A program made the translations under genes and the position numbers. Below are positions 1-10,899 of a stretch of 64,000 nucleotides of DNA, piece after piece (positions within the stretch are counted from its first letter, which is position 1; the number at the start of each line of letters is the position of its first letter). The notes below the pieces were generated by a model. The model was not told the DNA's origin, searched no databases, and saw only the letters and a list, made by a program, of their open reading frames with translations. Origin of the DNA: Octopus bimaculoides (Eukaryota); assembly GCF_001194135.2 (NCBI RefSeq), contig NC_068982.1, positions 92,372,530 through 92,436,529 on the forward strand, given 5' to 3'.

Positions 1-29
1 ATATATATATATATATATATAAAGATATA

Positions 30-230
30 AATGATGAATTTTATTTAGCAATAAATAATGAATAATCACTACAAATTTGTTTCAGTAGTTCCAAAACATA
101 TAAATAGCTTTAAGCTATTTACGTGTCTTATAAGCATGTAAATAATGTTAAGCTATTTACATGTTTTGGGACTACTGAAAAAAATTTGTAGCGATTATTC
201 ATTATTTATTGTGAAATAAAATTCATCATT
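30..230. repeat. ~200-bp near-perfect palindrome (foldback/MITE-like)
   Basis: Left arm aatgatgaattttatttagcaataaataatgaataatcactacaaatttgtttcagtagttccaaaacatataaatagctt is the reverse complement, with few mismatches, of the arm ending ...aaattcatcatt at 230; centred on cttataag (127-134). Confidence 0.85.
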
Positions 231-674
231 TTTCTCCATTATTTATATCTTTATATTCTCCTTATTCTCTTCTCATGTATATCACCATATACTCTATATG
301 GTTTATGCTATGACAACTTAAGGAGTTTTTTATAAATACTACTGGATTACTTGAATCCATATTTCATGATTTATATATATATATATATATATGACACACA
401 CACACACACATATATATATAAGTCTGCCTTTTCTTTGATATCTTCTTAAAAATGCTTTGGCTGGCCCACCAGCTTCTTGGCACTTCTTGACAGTGGGTTA
501 TGGTTATAAACTAATTAAGATAACTGCTTGAAATTAATTAGGTTAGTTTGACCTCTTTGCTCCTAGAATGTCCATTATGCTTCTCTAATTTTTCTATAAA
601 TTTAATTGTTCTTATTAAAATATTACTCATTCATCATGTTGGTTGTTGCCTGTTTATAACAGTTTAAAATTTTA

Positions 675-745
675 GTGAGGATGGTGAAATTATGTCGTGA
701 TATAAACTGTGAATATATCAATAAAATTCTACCAAAACAGCTGTA
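675..745 (+). ncRNA. decayed hammerhead-like motif (PLE terminal-repeat type)
   Basis: gTGAGGAtggt...accAAAACAGCTGTA compared with the core CTGAnGA...GAAAC-AGCT-GTA; C3 and G12 are mutated, so probably inactive. Confidence 0.35.
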
Positions 746-919
746 GTAAATTTTAAACCCCATTTATGTTCCCCATTTGTGTGTGTGTATATATGTATTT
801 ATGTATGTATGTATGTATACATGTGTGTATATGTACATATATATATATATATACATGTTTGTACATGTATATATTTATATATATGTATATATACATATAT
901 ATATATATACACATACATA

Positions 920-1341
920 TGTAGGGAAGTGGTTATACACCATTAGGTGTACACCGCTTCCGTACATTAAATTTCTAGAAGAAACAACGGAACGCAGATT
1001 CTGAACAACATAACAATATTTATTTACAGTGGAATTCAGTTCACGCTTGGAGGGAATTCGGTAGCTCATCGCCCTCGGTTACTGAGACGCCTTCTGAATG
1101 ATTTCCGTGGTTATTTGTGAAGCTCTGGTGCTGACACGTGAGAGAGCTCTGTTGGATGTCTTGGCTCGACGGAGATCAGTCAACGAAGAGACTGAGAAAA
1201 GGCGCCAAAGCTGGGTGTCGAACTCTACGCATGCGCATGAGACTCTTCCTGTATTCCTTCCGGAACTAGTCCCTGCGCATGCGTGGATAAAACTCCGGAC
1301 ATTGAACATATAACAGTCGTCTGCTATAAGTTGTCACTACA
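920..1341 (-). mobile_element. solo LTR (Gypsy-like)
   Basis: TGTAG...CTACA termini, 4-bp TSD CATA (916-919 / 1342-1345, inside microsatellite), AATAAA near the 3' end on minus, CpG-rich relative to flanks. Confidence 0.75.
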
Positions 1342-1501
1342 CATACATATGTGTGTATGTATGTACATATGTGTACACACACACACATAGATAGTCATAT
1401 AGATATAGATATAGTGGCTAATAGGTCCGGCATTGTGGACATCGGGGAAACTATTTGTGAGGCTGGTAATGGTGGTGATGCTGATGCTGTTGCTGTTGTT
1501 G

Positions 1502-1624
1502 TATTATCTGAAATGTATAGTATTAAATATCCATCGTGGTTTATGTTATCAGTTTCGTGTAAAGAATACAATGGAATGTTAGGTAACAATCTGGGATATT
1601 TAATACTATACATTTCGGATAATA
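1502..1624. repeat. 31-bp inverted repeat with 61-bp spacer
   Basis: tattatctgaaatgtatagtattaaatatcc (1502-1532) vs its reverse complement at 1594-1624, 1 mismatch; explains the LSEMYSIKYP peptide appearing on both strands. Confidence 0.85.
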
Positions 1625-1698
1625 TACCCACTCTACTGACAAATATAAGAGTGCATTTTTTCCTTGACTTATGGTCTCTTAGATGACTCACACAAATA

Positions 1699-2352
1699 TC
1701 TGTATACTATTAAAAGTGAAGTTCAATCTTGAGTGCTTGCTTACAATGTTACACAGCCAAACTGGCACATAATGGGAAAATACTTTGACAATAAAGTACC
1801 CATGAAAGGTGAATATGAACAGAATAAAACAAGTTTCACATAAATCGGACCAGTAGTTATTGAGATATTCGGGGTTTTGGGGTATAAATACCCAAAACGG
1901 TGCATAATAGGAAAATACTCTGAAAATAACTTCACTCTGGAAGGGAAGAATCTCTAACCTTTCCATTAGACACATTATGATGGGCAAAATATTTTAAAGT
2001 GAAAATGACTTTAAAAATATGGTAAATATTTCGTAAATGACACATTCATAACCTCGGTGTGAAATAGTTTTTTTCCATAGGTTTCTTTAAAGTGCATTCA
2101 ACGTATCTCATCTCCAAAGATTTGGCTGCTATTTGTAGCATGCCCTGCTACCACGTAACAGCTATTTGTGATAAAGAACCCGAAATTCTTGTTACATGGT
2201 AGCAAGGTATGCAAGAAATAGCAGCCAAATCTTTCTTGATTTCAATGTCACATTCATTGAAAGCATGCAAAATAACATGGAACAGACAAAAAAACTCCAT
2301 GAAACAAAACTCAGACTTTCCCCGGCAACCTAACAGGTCACAGGTAGTCTAG
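1699..2352 (+). mobile_element. non-autonomous Helitron-like element
   Basis: A|TC 5' end (atatctgtatactattaaaagtgaag), internal aagtttcacataaatcggaccagtag motif, GC-rich subterminal segment then CTAG|T 3' end at 2349-2353. Confidence 0.6.
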
Positions 2353-3417
2353 TGTGTGTGTGTGTGTGTGTGTGTACATATATATATTGACACACACACT
2401 TACGTATTTAATGATTAGTGACAAAATTTGAATAGTCAATACTTTGTAATTAGCATTGGATACTTTATTTTTGTTATCAATATGCTGCTTTGAATATTGA
2501 ACAAAAGCTATTGTAAGTCAGTGTTATACACAATAGTCTATTGTACTTTTAGCATGTTGGGATTGTGAACACTTGACTATGTTTTATACAGATGTGGTAC
2601 AATTTATTATCAATTGTTTTGTTGAGTTATGCATCTCAACACAGTAACATCTATATCCTCTATAAAGCAGGATTGTCACCTCATATAATTATTCCTTCAA
2701 TTATGAGACAATAAAGGTGCCACTAAACAGACTCTTGATCTGCTTGAAATAGCAATCAAATCTCCCTTTATTGATACCATGACCAATTTTAAAAAAAGCA
2801 GATAAAGATATATTCAGTCTTAGTGAATTATGTCTGAAAAGAAGGATGGTCATACTTCACCATCTTTGATCATAAGGCTTTTTGATCAGAGATGACCTAG
2901 GGCTAAGCAACAGCATCCACTACAGCAACATCTGTTGTTAAATAAAGCATCTCAACTTGACACTAATAATATCCTCATTAAATTGGGATTGTCCTATAGA
3001 CTACTGAATAGTTTACATACCTTATATAGTTGAGTTCTGTGTACAAGGATTGGCAGCTACTGAATACAAGTCTACAAGGATATTTCATGCTTATTTTGCC
3101 AAGGGATGCTTCACTAAAGAGAAAGATTGAAATTTAAAAATATACACATGCACAAGCACACTTGAGGTACTTGTGTTTATATATATATATATATATATAT
3201 ATACATACAGCAATAAGAAAATGGAGGGGATCAAGAGGTGGTATTCATCAACTTTTAGTCATTATATTATGTCTATTTATTAAAAAAAAAAAACAATTAT
3301 AACAATATACATACATGTATAATATATTATGCTTTACATATATAATATATAAAATATGAAATATAAAAATACCAGTAATTATTAAAATATATAATATAGA
3401 GCATAGAAAGTAGGATA

Positions 3418-3529
3418 TCTTACAGCTGTTTCAGCCAAGAGACCATAGTACCCCATTCTACTTTTATCCCTCCAGTGAACTGAAAATAAAATTAAGGTAC
3501 TTGGGTGTGTCTCTGGGCTTCGTCAGAGA
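3418..3529 (-). ncRNA. type I hammerhead ribozyme motif in a PLE-type terminal repeat
   Basis: Minus strand: TCT-CTGACGA-AGCCCAGAGAC-(65 nt)-GTCTCTTGGCT-GAAAC-AGCT-GTA-AGA. All core nucleotides present, 10/11-bp stem II, palindromic stem III, GUA site, 3-bp stem I. Confidence 0.7.
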
Positions 3530-3594
3530 GTTTAGAATGTTCATAAGGTTAAGTAATAAATATAAATACATACATACATACATATATTAAAATG

Positions 3595-5204
3595 TAGAGG
3601 GTGTGATGGGTAATTTGTCGCCATTTTATATTTTTAGTGCATTGTTCGTTTTTGATTTGGCCAACTACACAGTATAGTAGGGTCAGTTGGGCACCGACTG
3701 TGTGAAAAACAGCACCATGATACAAATCATTCTGCCAGAAATTTGGAAACGACATGTTGTACTGCTTAGCATTCATGACAAGTGCCAATATTAACAGTTC
3801 AGAGTGTTTAGGTGTCAATCTGAGGACATGTACTGAGAGTGTTAAAAATCAAATATCCAGTCAACATCATGGTGTTTGAAGTGATCATTAGTGATGGTGA
3901 TGTTATGCCTCGATTCATCTTCCCACATGGCCTCAGACTCAATACGGAGGCCTACATCAAGTGCCTAGAGGAGGCAGTGCTGTCCTGAGTCAAGAGGGTG
4001 ATTGTTGGAAGACCCTATGTCTGGCAACAAGACTGTACCATGCCATACAAGCAGAGGAATCCAGTCATGGCTGTCAGGCAATTTCTGTGACCACATCACT
4101 CCTAACATCTGGCCACCTAATTCCTCAGACTGCAACCCCCTTGATTATTGTGTGGAGCACAGTTGAACGAGAGTCCAACAAAACTCCCTGTAACACCAAA
4201 GGTGAACTGAAGGCAAGGATTATGGCAGCATTCACCAAGATTACAGCAGCACTCACAAGGAAACCATTCAGAAGAGTTGCAGGAGATTCTAAAGTCGTCT
4301 GGAGGCTGTGGTTGAAGCTAATGGCGATTTTATTGAATAAATTTACTCCTTAGTATTTCAAGATATTTTAATGTAATTTTGGTAAATATCATCATCATCG
4401 TTTAACGTCCGCTTTCCATGCTAGCATGGGTTGGACGATTTGACTGAGGACTGGTGAAACCGGATGGCAACACCAGGCTCCAGTCTGATTTGGCAGAGTT
4501 TCTACAGCTGGATGCCCTTCCTAACGCCAACCACTCAGAGAGTGTAGTGGGTGCTTTTACGTGTCACCCGCACGAAANNNNNNNNNNNNNNNNNNNNNNN
4601 NNNNNNNNNNNNNNNNNNNNNNNNNNNNNNNNNNNNNNNNNNNNNNNNNNNNNNNNNNNNNNNNNNNNNNNNNNNNNNNNNNNNNNNNNNNNNNNNNNNN
4701 NNNNNNNNNNNNNNNNNNNNNNNNNNNNNNNNNNNNNNNNNNNNNNNNNNNNNNNNNNNNNNNNNNNNNNNNNNNNNNNNNNNNNNNNNNNNNNNNNNNN
4801 NNNNNNNNNNNNNNNNNNNNNNNNNNNNNNNNNNNNNNNNNCAACGATCTTACTTGGCTTGCCGGGTCTTCTCACGCACAGCCCATTTCCAAAGGTCTCG
4901 GTCCGTAGTCATCGCCTCGGTGAGGCCCAATGTACGAAGGTCTTGCCTCACCACCTCAGCCCAGGTCTTCCTGGGCCTACCTCTTCCACGGGTTCCCTCA
5001 ACTGTTAGGGTGTGGCACTTTTTCACGCAGCTATCCTCCTCCATTCTCACCACATGTCCATACCAGCGCAATCGTCTCTCTTGCACGCCACAACTGATGC
5101 TTCTAATGTTCAGCTTTTCTCTCAAGATATCTGTTAAAATGAGATGTCTGTGTTATTTCCATTTTTGCATAATTTAGACAACAGATTATTCACTGCACCC
5201 TGTA
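3595..5204 (+). mobile_element. internally deleted Tc1/mariner (maT, DD37D-like) element
   Basis: Imperfect TIRs (tagagggtgtgatgggtaatttgtcgcc / gacaacagattattcactgcaccctgta). Frameshifted transposase relic with ...YVWQQD...HITPNIWPPNSSDCNPLDY..WSTVERE; 109 nt between the 2nd and 3rd D, close to 37 codons. Confidence 0.8.
4391..5126 (-). mobile_element. 5'-truncated RTE LINE inserted in the maT element
   Basis: ORF 4850-5125 with RRLRWYGHVVRM...GRGRPRKTW (RTE C-terminus), (GAT)n tail, TSD ATATC at 4386-4390 / 5127-5131; contains an N gap. Confidence 0.85.
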
Positions 5205-5210
5205 CACACG

Positions 5211-5244
<34 letters not shown>

Positions 5245-5439
5245 GTCCCATTATGGTCTCAGATATTTGTTGGTAAGTGTTTGCCTCAAAATTAAAGAAG
5301 TTGCTTTAAAGGATGAATTTTAATCTCCCTATGATGAATCTTTTATGTATTTAGTCCAAATCTTCATTAGGGAATTTTCTTGGCCAAAAGTCTATTACCG
5401 CCAGTCTGGTCCAAGCACTGCTGATAATTCAAAATAATG

Positions 5440-6577
5440 GAATCAAAAAGATGAAGAAACATTTTGTTTGGTATTTGAGTATATTCTTGTTCAATAGCTG
5501 CCCTCAATTCATCAGCTGTTGCCAGTTATGTACCATAAACTTTACCTTTAAGTATCCTCATAACAAAGTTTTGTGATGTGAGGTCCAGTGAATGAAAAGG
5601 GCATTCAACTGAACCTCTTCATCCAATCCTCCTGTTTAGCCAGATCTCATTGATGTAGCTCCTTACATTGCTTTGCTATGATAGTGCAGAGGTGCCCTAT
5701 CTGGCTGGAAATAAAACTCAGTTCTCTTGAATGTTTGGTATGACAGACTGTCACAGCAAGTTCAAGTACATGGAACCAGTGATGGTGCCATTCAAAAAAG
5801 CATGATCCAATTAAACCTTTTGATGATAATTTGCATCATATTATAATTCCTGGTAAATTAACATGATATTCGTCCATAATTCTCAGGTCCACAGTAAGTT
5901 AATTGTAGTAGTTTAATTGAGCCATTTAACCCTTTAGCATTTAAACTGGCCATATCCACCCAAAATATTCTACTCATTTTATGATCAAATTGGCCAGATT
6001 CAGCTTCTCACATCCACCCTAAAATGTCATTCTAAAAATATACAATCATATCATCAAAATCTCAAAGCTAGAAGATAATACCTGATTAATTCAAAACAAT
6101 GTGAATATATAAACTTCAATTTTAACAAAATAATGTGATTGCTAAAGGGTTAATTTAAATGTAGTCTCATTACTCCAAACAATCTTTGTTGGTAAGTGTA
6201 CATCTTCTACACATCTTGCCGAGTACAACTCACAAATTCTACTCTTCAGTCTGGATCATCTACATTGAGAGCATGGACTATTAATTTTTCCAATGACAGT
6301 TTTCTAAGATGCAATGGATGTTTGATTTTGAAATACCTATCTCACAATTTGCTTGCTGCCGAGATGTTATATCTCTAGTAACCTTTTCTAGCTTTGTGGG
6401 GCTGGTCAATGTCTATAGTCTTCTGGAACATTTCTTGTTGATATTCTGAACAACTTCATCTACTCCAAACTTGCTTTAATTCAAGTAAAACTCCATCCTA
6501 AAATGTCTTTGCACTTTGACTGTGTTTTCAAATTTCTTGTAGCACTTTAAGATCAATTTCCTTTGTTCAAAGCACAT
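5440..6577 (-). mobile_element. decayed mariner (DD41D-like, DUF4817-type) transposase relic
   Basis: Broken frames give [100 protein letters not shown]. Confidence 0.75.
5930..6149. mobile_element. piggyBac-like MITE
   Basis: TTAA|CCCTTTAGCA...TGCTAAAGGG|TTAA; the TTAA TSD lies within the FKLNG codons of the mariner relic. Confidence 0.85.
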
Positions 6578-6666
6578 TTTGATTCCCTTCCTTATTTCTA
6601 ATGAATTAAATCTAAGAAGAAACAAAACATTGAGTAATTAACTGTTAAAGTGTGTATAGACTTTTT

Positions 6667-6724
<58 letters not shown>

Positions 6725-6738
6725 CATGTATGTATATA

Positions 6739-8580
6739 TATTAAAGATAAAAAGAGAAGATGGAATGTAGCAACAAGAAAATTTCTATTACCAAAACAAT
6801 TGTTTCATCTTCAAGATGCACTACTCCCTTGTGGGCATGGAATAATGCCATAAACACCAGATTCTAGCCTTAAATATATTAATGCTATGTTCAACCATCC
6901 ACCCTCCATTATACTTGGTCTTGTAGGGAATATTCAGACCAGAGTTTCCCAACTGGCTGCTAACCCACAATTATTTGACCTGCATGCATCTTATTACAAT
7001 GAGGCACTAGCTATGGCAGGATACTGGGAATGAATTAAATTCAGATGCCAGAATAACACACACATCATACACACCACACACATGCATGACATACATACAA
7101 CCAACATAGACATAAAAACACCTCATGAACCCACCTACAGAAATTCCACCTGCACAATATACCACCATAAATGTAGAATACTCTACCATCCAAATAACAT
7201 TCATTCTTACCATAAATTTTCCTATCTAAACAAAAATACACCCAACACAATTTATCCAACTAAACAAACACAGATCATTTGCATAAATAAACCTAACACC
7301 AAATATAGAAACCATACTGTTCTTTGGTACAACCTGATCCATGCCTCAAATGTAACTTCCAAGATCAGCAGACAATTTTTAGCAGCCCTTGAGAGATGCT
7401 TTCCAAAATCTCATAAATATCACTTGATATTTAACAGACATAATGTAAATGTCATATGCAACCTCCTGTAACTTGTGGCAACATATGCACAGAATAAATA
7501 AAGTTAAACTTAAAAAGGCCTTGTAAAACAACATCACTGAAAGCTCAAATAATGAATTTACATTCAATCCTAACATGACTGACAACCAACAAGAGTTAAC
7601 CACAGAAAATGATTGCCCTGAAACATCCAAAACTAATAATATACCTATAACAATGAACCTACAGAACCTGCACACCAGCAACATGATGAATCCACAACCA
7701 ATTATAACTAGAATGACAGGACAACTACTACACAACCCTGGTTGCCAACAACGGCCACAAATAAGTGCTCCTTCAAGGATAAATTTAATTGCCCATTGGA
7801 TAATCTTTGCATGACACTTGTAATATTGTCTATAAATGCACTGTGTACATGAGGGGAGGTCCTTATGTGTACATTGGTGCCACAGCTGATTCTTTCAAGA
7901 ATCAATATAGAAATCATATTTCTGGCAGATTTTCTATGGCAACTGAAAACTGACAGGATTAAATATGAGATTTCATGATCAATCATAAATATACAAAACC
8001 CTACAACACACATTATAGGACCTGTGGATTGTGCTCTGAAGACTCCCTATCAATCTTGCTTACTAGGGAAAAGATCATTGATAAATTAACAGAATGGATT
8101 ACACATTGTTTACATGTCATGAAAGTCACCTTCAAATATTACCACCCTGTAAACACAGCACCAAACTACCATAATCAACATTGAATAGTGAACACCATGC
8201 TATCATTCCATACATTGTTACATGCCCATGGACAGGTGTGTGGGCTTTCGCCTATATGCTGTTTATTGTTCCGTGCCTGCATGTGTCTGAGTAGTCTTGT
8301 GGGTGTGTGCAATCTGTGTGTGCATGTATGTGCAGAGTCAATGGGTTTATATATGCCTGTGTGTGTGTATATATGTGCTGAGTGGAAGTCCCTGGAGTGT
8401 ACTGATGTGTACAAGTGTATATCTGTGCATGAACGTGTGTGTGTGTGTGTATAATTGTGTGAATGTATAAGTGCACTTGCCTGCAGACATGTGAAACTGT
8501 GGATGTCAATGTACATTTGGATTTGTATGTCCTGTAGTGTGGGTGTGATGGGGCGCATAGGTGTGTGGGTGTGATGGGGC

Positions 8581-8663
<83 letters not shown>

Positions 8664-9142
8664 GGGTCTGTGAGCATTGCGTGAGGGTGTGCTTGTGTGA
8701 GTGTGTTTGTGCGTGTACTTGTGTGAGTGTGTGCATGTGCTCCATGGTGGCAGTGTTGATGTGATCTCTGTATGTGTTTGGGTAGGTGAATCTTTGTAAG
8801 ATTGACTGACATACATACATGCAGCATGTGCTGGCATGTACCCACGAGTATAATTATTGTGTGCATCTGTATATTTTTGCATTGATTTCAATATAAGAAT
8901 GTGTGTCTGTTTATCTGTGCATCTGTCTAACTGTTAAACTCTTTCAATACAGTGAAACTCAAATATAAATCTCCAAGCTTAAAACCTTATCATCCCACCT
9001 GAGGAGTCTTCTATGTATGAGCGTTGCATCTGGTGTTATTGCATCATTCTATGCCTACAAGGGAGCAGTGCATCTTGATGGTGAAACAATTGTAGTAATT
9101 TTTTTTGTTGGTACATTCTGTCTTTTCTTTTTATCTTTAATA
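6739..9142 (+). mobile_element. decayed Penelope-like element (RT thumb + GIY-YIG) flanked by inverted terminal copies
   Basis: Relic frames at 6853-8180: KYINAMFNHPPSII, YNEALAMAGY, VLWYN...FPKSHKYHLIFNRHNV, NCPLDNLC..NIVYKCTV, YVYIGATADSFKNQYRNH, KPYN...CGLC. 6739-6862 is an inverted copy of 9028-9142. Confidence 0.8.
8585..8660. repeat. (TG)n microsatellite in a GT-rich tract
   Basis: Perfect dinucleotide run. Confidence 0.95.
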
Positions 9143-9344
9143 CATGCCCAACGTCCATCCTGGAATTCTTGGAACTATTACAATGATATTTCCTAAGTAT
9201 CACTAATGATGCCTGGTAGCCATAAATGGTGAATGTGCTCTGTGGGCACATGACCTGGGACTTACCCTGAAATAAGATTTCGATACTATGTCTAACATGT
9301 ATTTTCTTAACCTTAATTCTTTAACTTTATATATGACTTATATA

Positions 9345-9520
9345 TATAGGGGGAGAATTCACACAAAAAAACAGAAGATGAAGACAGGTGGTGTAGAAAA
9401 TAAACAGATGTATTAGTATAACGCTCAGGAAGTGAAAAAGTCTTTAATGTTTCGAGCCTACGCTCTTCTACAGAAAGGAACACAGAAAGAAACAAGGAGA
9501 GAAAAAAGAATGTGTAGTGG
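9345..9520 (-). mobile_element. PLE-type terminal repeat fragment
   Basis: Reverse complement matches 30570-30725 (ctgt.gaagagcgta(g)gctcgaaac...tacaccacctgtc). Confidence 0.6.
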
Positions 9521-9599
9521 CTAGCAATCTGTCATGGCAAATATATACATACATACATACATATATATATATATATAATAATAATATTAGGGACAAAAT

Positions 9600-9941
9600 C
9601 CAAAATTACAGGTAAAAAACTCAATTAAAATCAATTTATAAAAAATTAAAATTAAATTGAGTCTTATAGATAAAGTATATATAAAATATATAGTTTTAGG
9701 GAAAATAACCAATTTTCAAGAACTCATCGATGAAAATCCACTATCACATATAGAAAAATTAATAATTAAAAGCACAATAAATGAGTATAATATAAAGTAA
9801 AGTAAATATCATAAGATAAATATAATAAAAAGATTACACGTGTTTCATAACCAATTTTCAAATAGAAAAGAAATTTAAATCGATTAAAATCAATTGAAAT
9901 TATCGAAAATAAGTTCTATTAAAAAATATAGCTACTCGTCA
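9600..9941 (-). mobile_element. PLE-type terminal repeat with hammerhead-like motif cut by a gap
   Basis: Minus strand: (N)TGACGA-GTAGC...GTTAT-GAAAC-ACGT-GTA; the C3 position falls in the N gap. Confidence 0.55.
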
Positions 9942-10599
9942 NNNNNNNNNNNNNNNNNNNNNNNNNNNNNNNNNNNNNNNNNNNNNNNNNNNNNNNNNNN
10001 NNNNNNNNNNNNNNNNNNNNNNNNNNNNNNNNNNNNNNNNNNNNNNNNNNNNNNNNNNNNNNNNNNNNNNNNNNNNNNNNNNNNNNNNNNNNNNNNNNNN
10101 NNNNNNNNNNNNNNNNNNNNNNNNNNNNNNNNNNNNNNNNNNNNNNNNNNNNNNNNNNNNNNNNNNNNNNNNNNNNNNNNNNNNNNNNNNNNNNNNNNNN
10201 NNNNNNNNNNNNNNNNNNNNNNNNNNNNNNNNNNNNNNNNNNNNNNNNNNNNNNNNNNNNNNNNNNNNNNNNNNNNNNNNNNNNNNNNNNNNNNNNNNNN
10301 NNNNNNNNNNNNNNNNNNNNNNNNNNNNNNNNNNNNNNNNNNNNNNNNNNNNNNNNNNNNNNNNNNNNNNNNNNNNNNNNNNNNNNNNNNNNNNNNNNNN
10401 NNNNNNNNNNNNNNNNNNNNNNNNNNNNNNNNNNNNNNNNNNNNNNNNNNNNNNNNNNNNNNNNNNNNNNNNNNNNNNNNNNNNNNNNNNNNNNNNNNNN
10501 NNNNNNNNNNNNNNNNNNNNNNNNNNNNNNNNNNNNNNNNNNNNNNNNNNNNNNNNNNNNNNNNNNNNNNNNNNNNNNNNNNNNNNNNNTACATATATA

Positions 10600-10692
10600 T
10601 ACAGGGAGAAAAAGAGATAGGGGGAGTGAGAGAGGGGAGAGAGCGGGGGAGAGAGGGGAGAGAGCGGGGGAGAGAGGGGAGAGAAAGGGAGG

Positions 10693-10734
<42 letters not shown>

Positions 10735-10735
10735 T
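10600..10735. repeat. GA-rich/(GA)n microsatellite
   Basis: Purine run next to the gap. Confidence 0.9.
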
Positions 10736-10899
10736 GGGGTCCAGGTACAACATGAATAAGACAGAATAGGAAGTGCAGTGAGTGAAAATAGTGTGACATG
10801 ATTAGAAATAGGGAATGAGTTGAATACTGAGGATATCAGTCCAGTGTGGCAGGAAGTGAAGAAAATCAAAGATGAATTGCGGAGAAAAGCTTAACAGAA

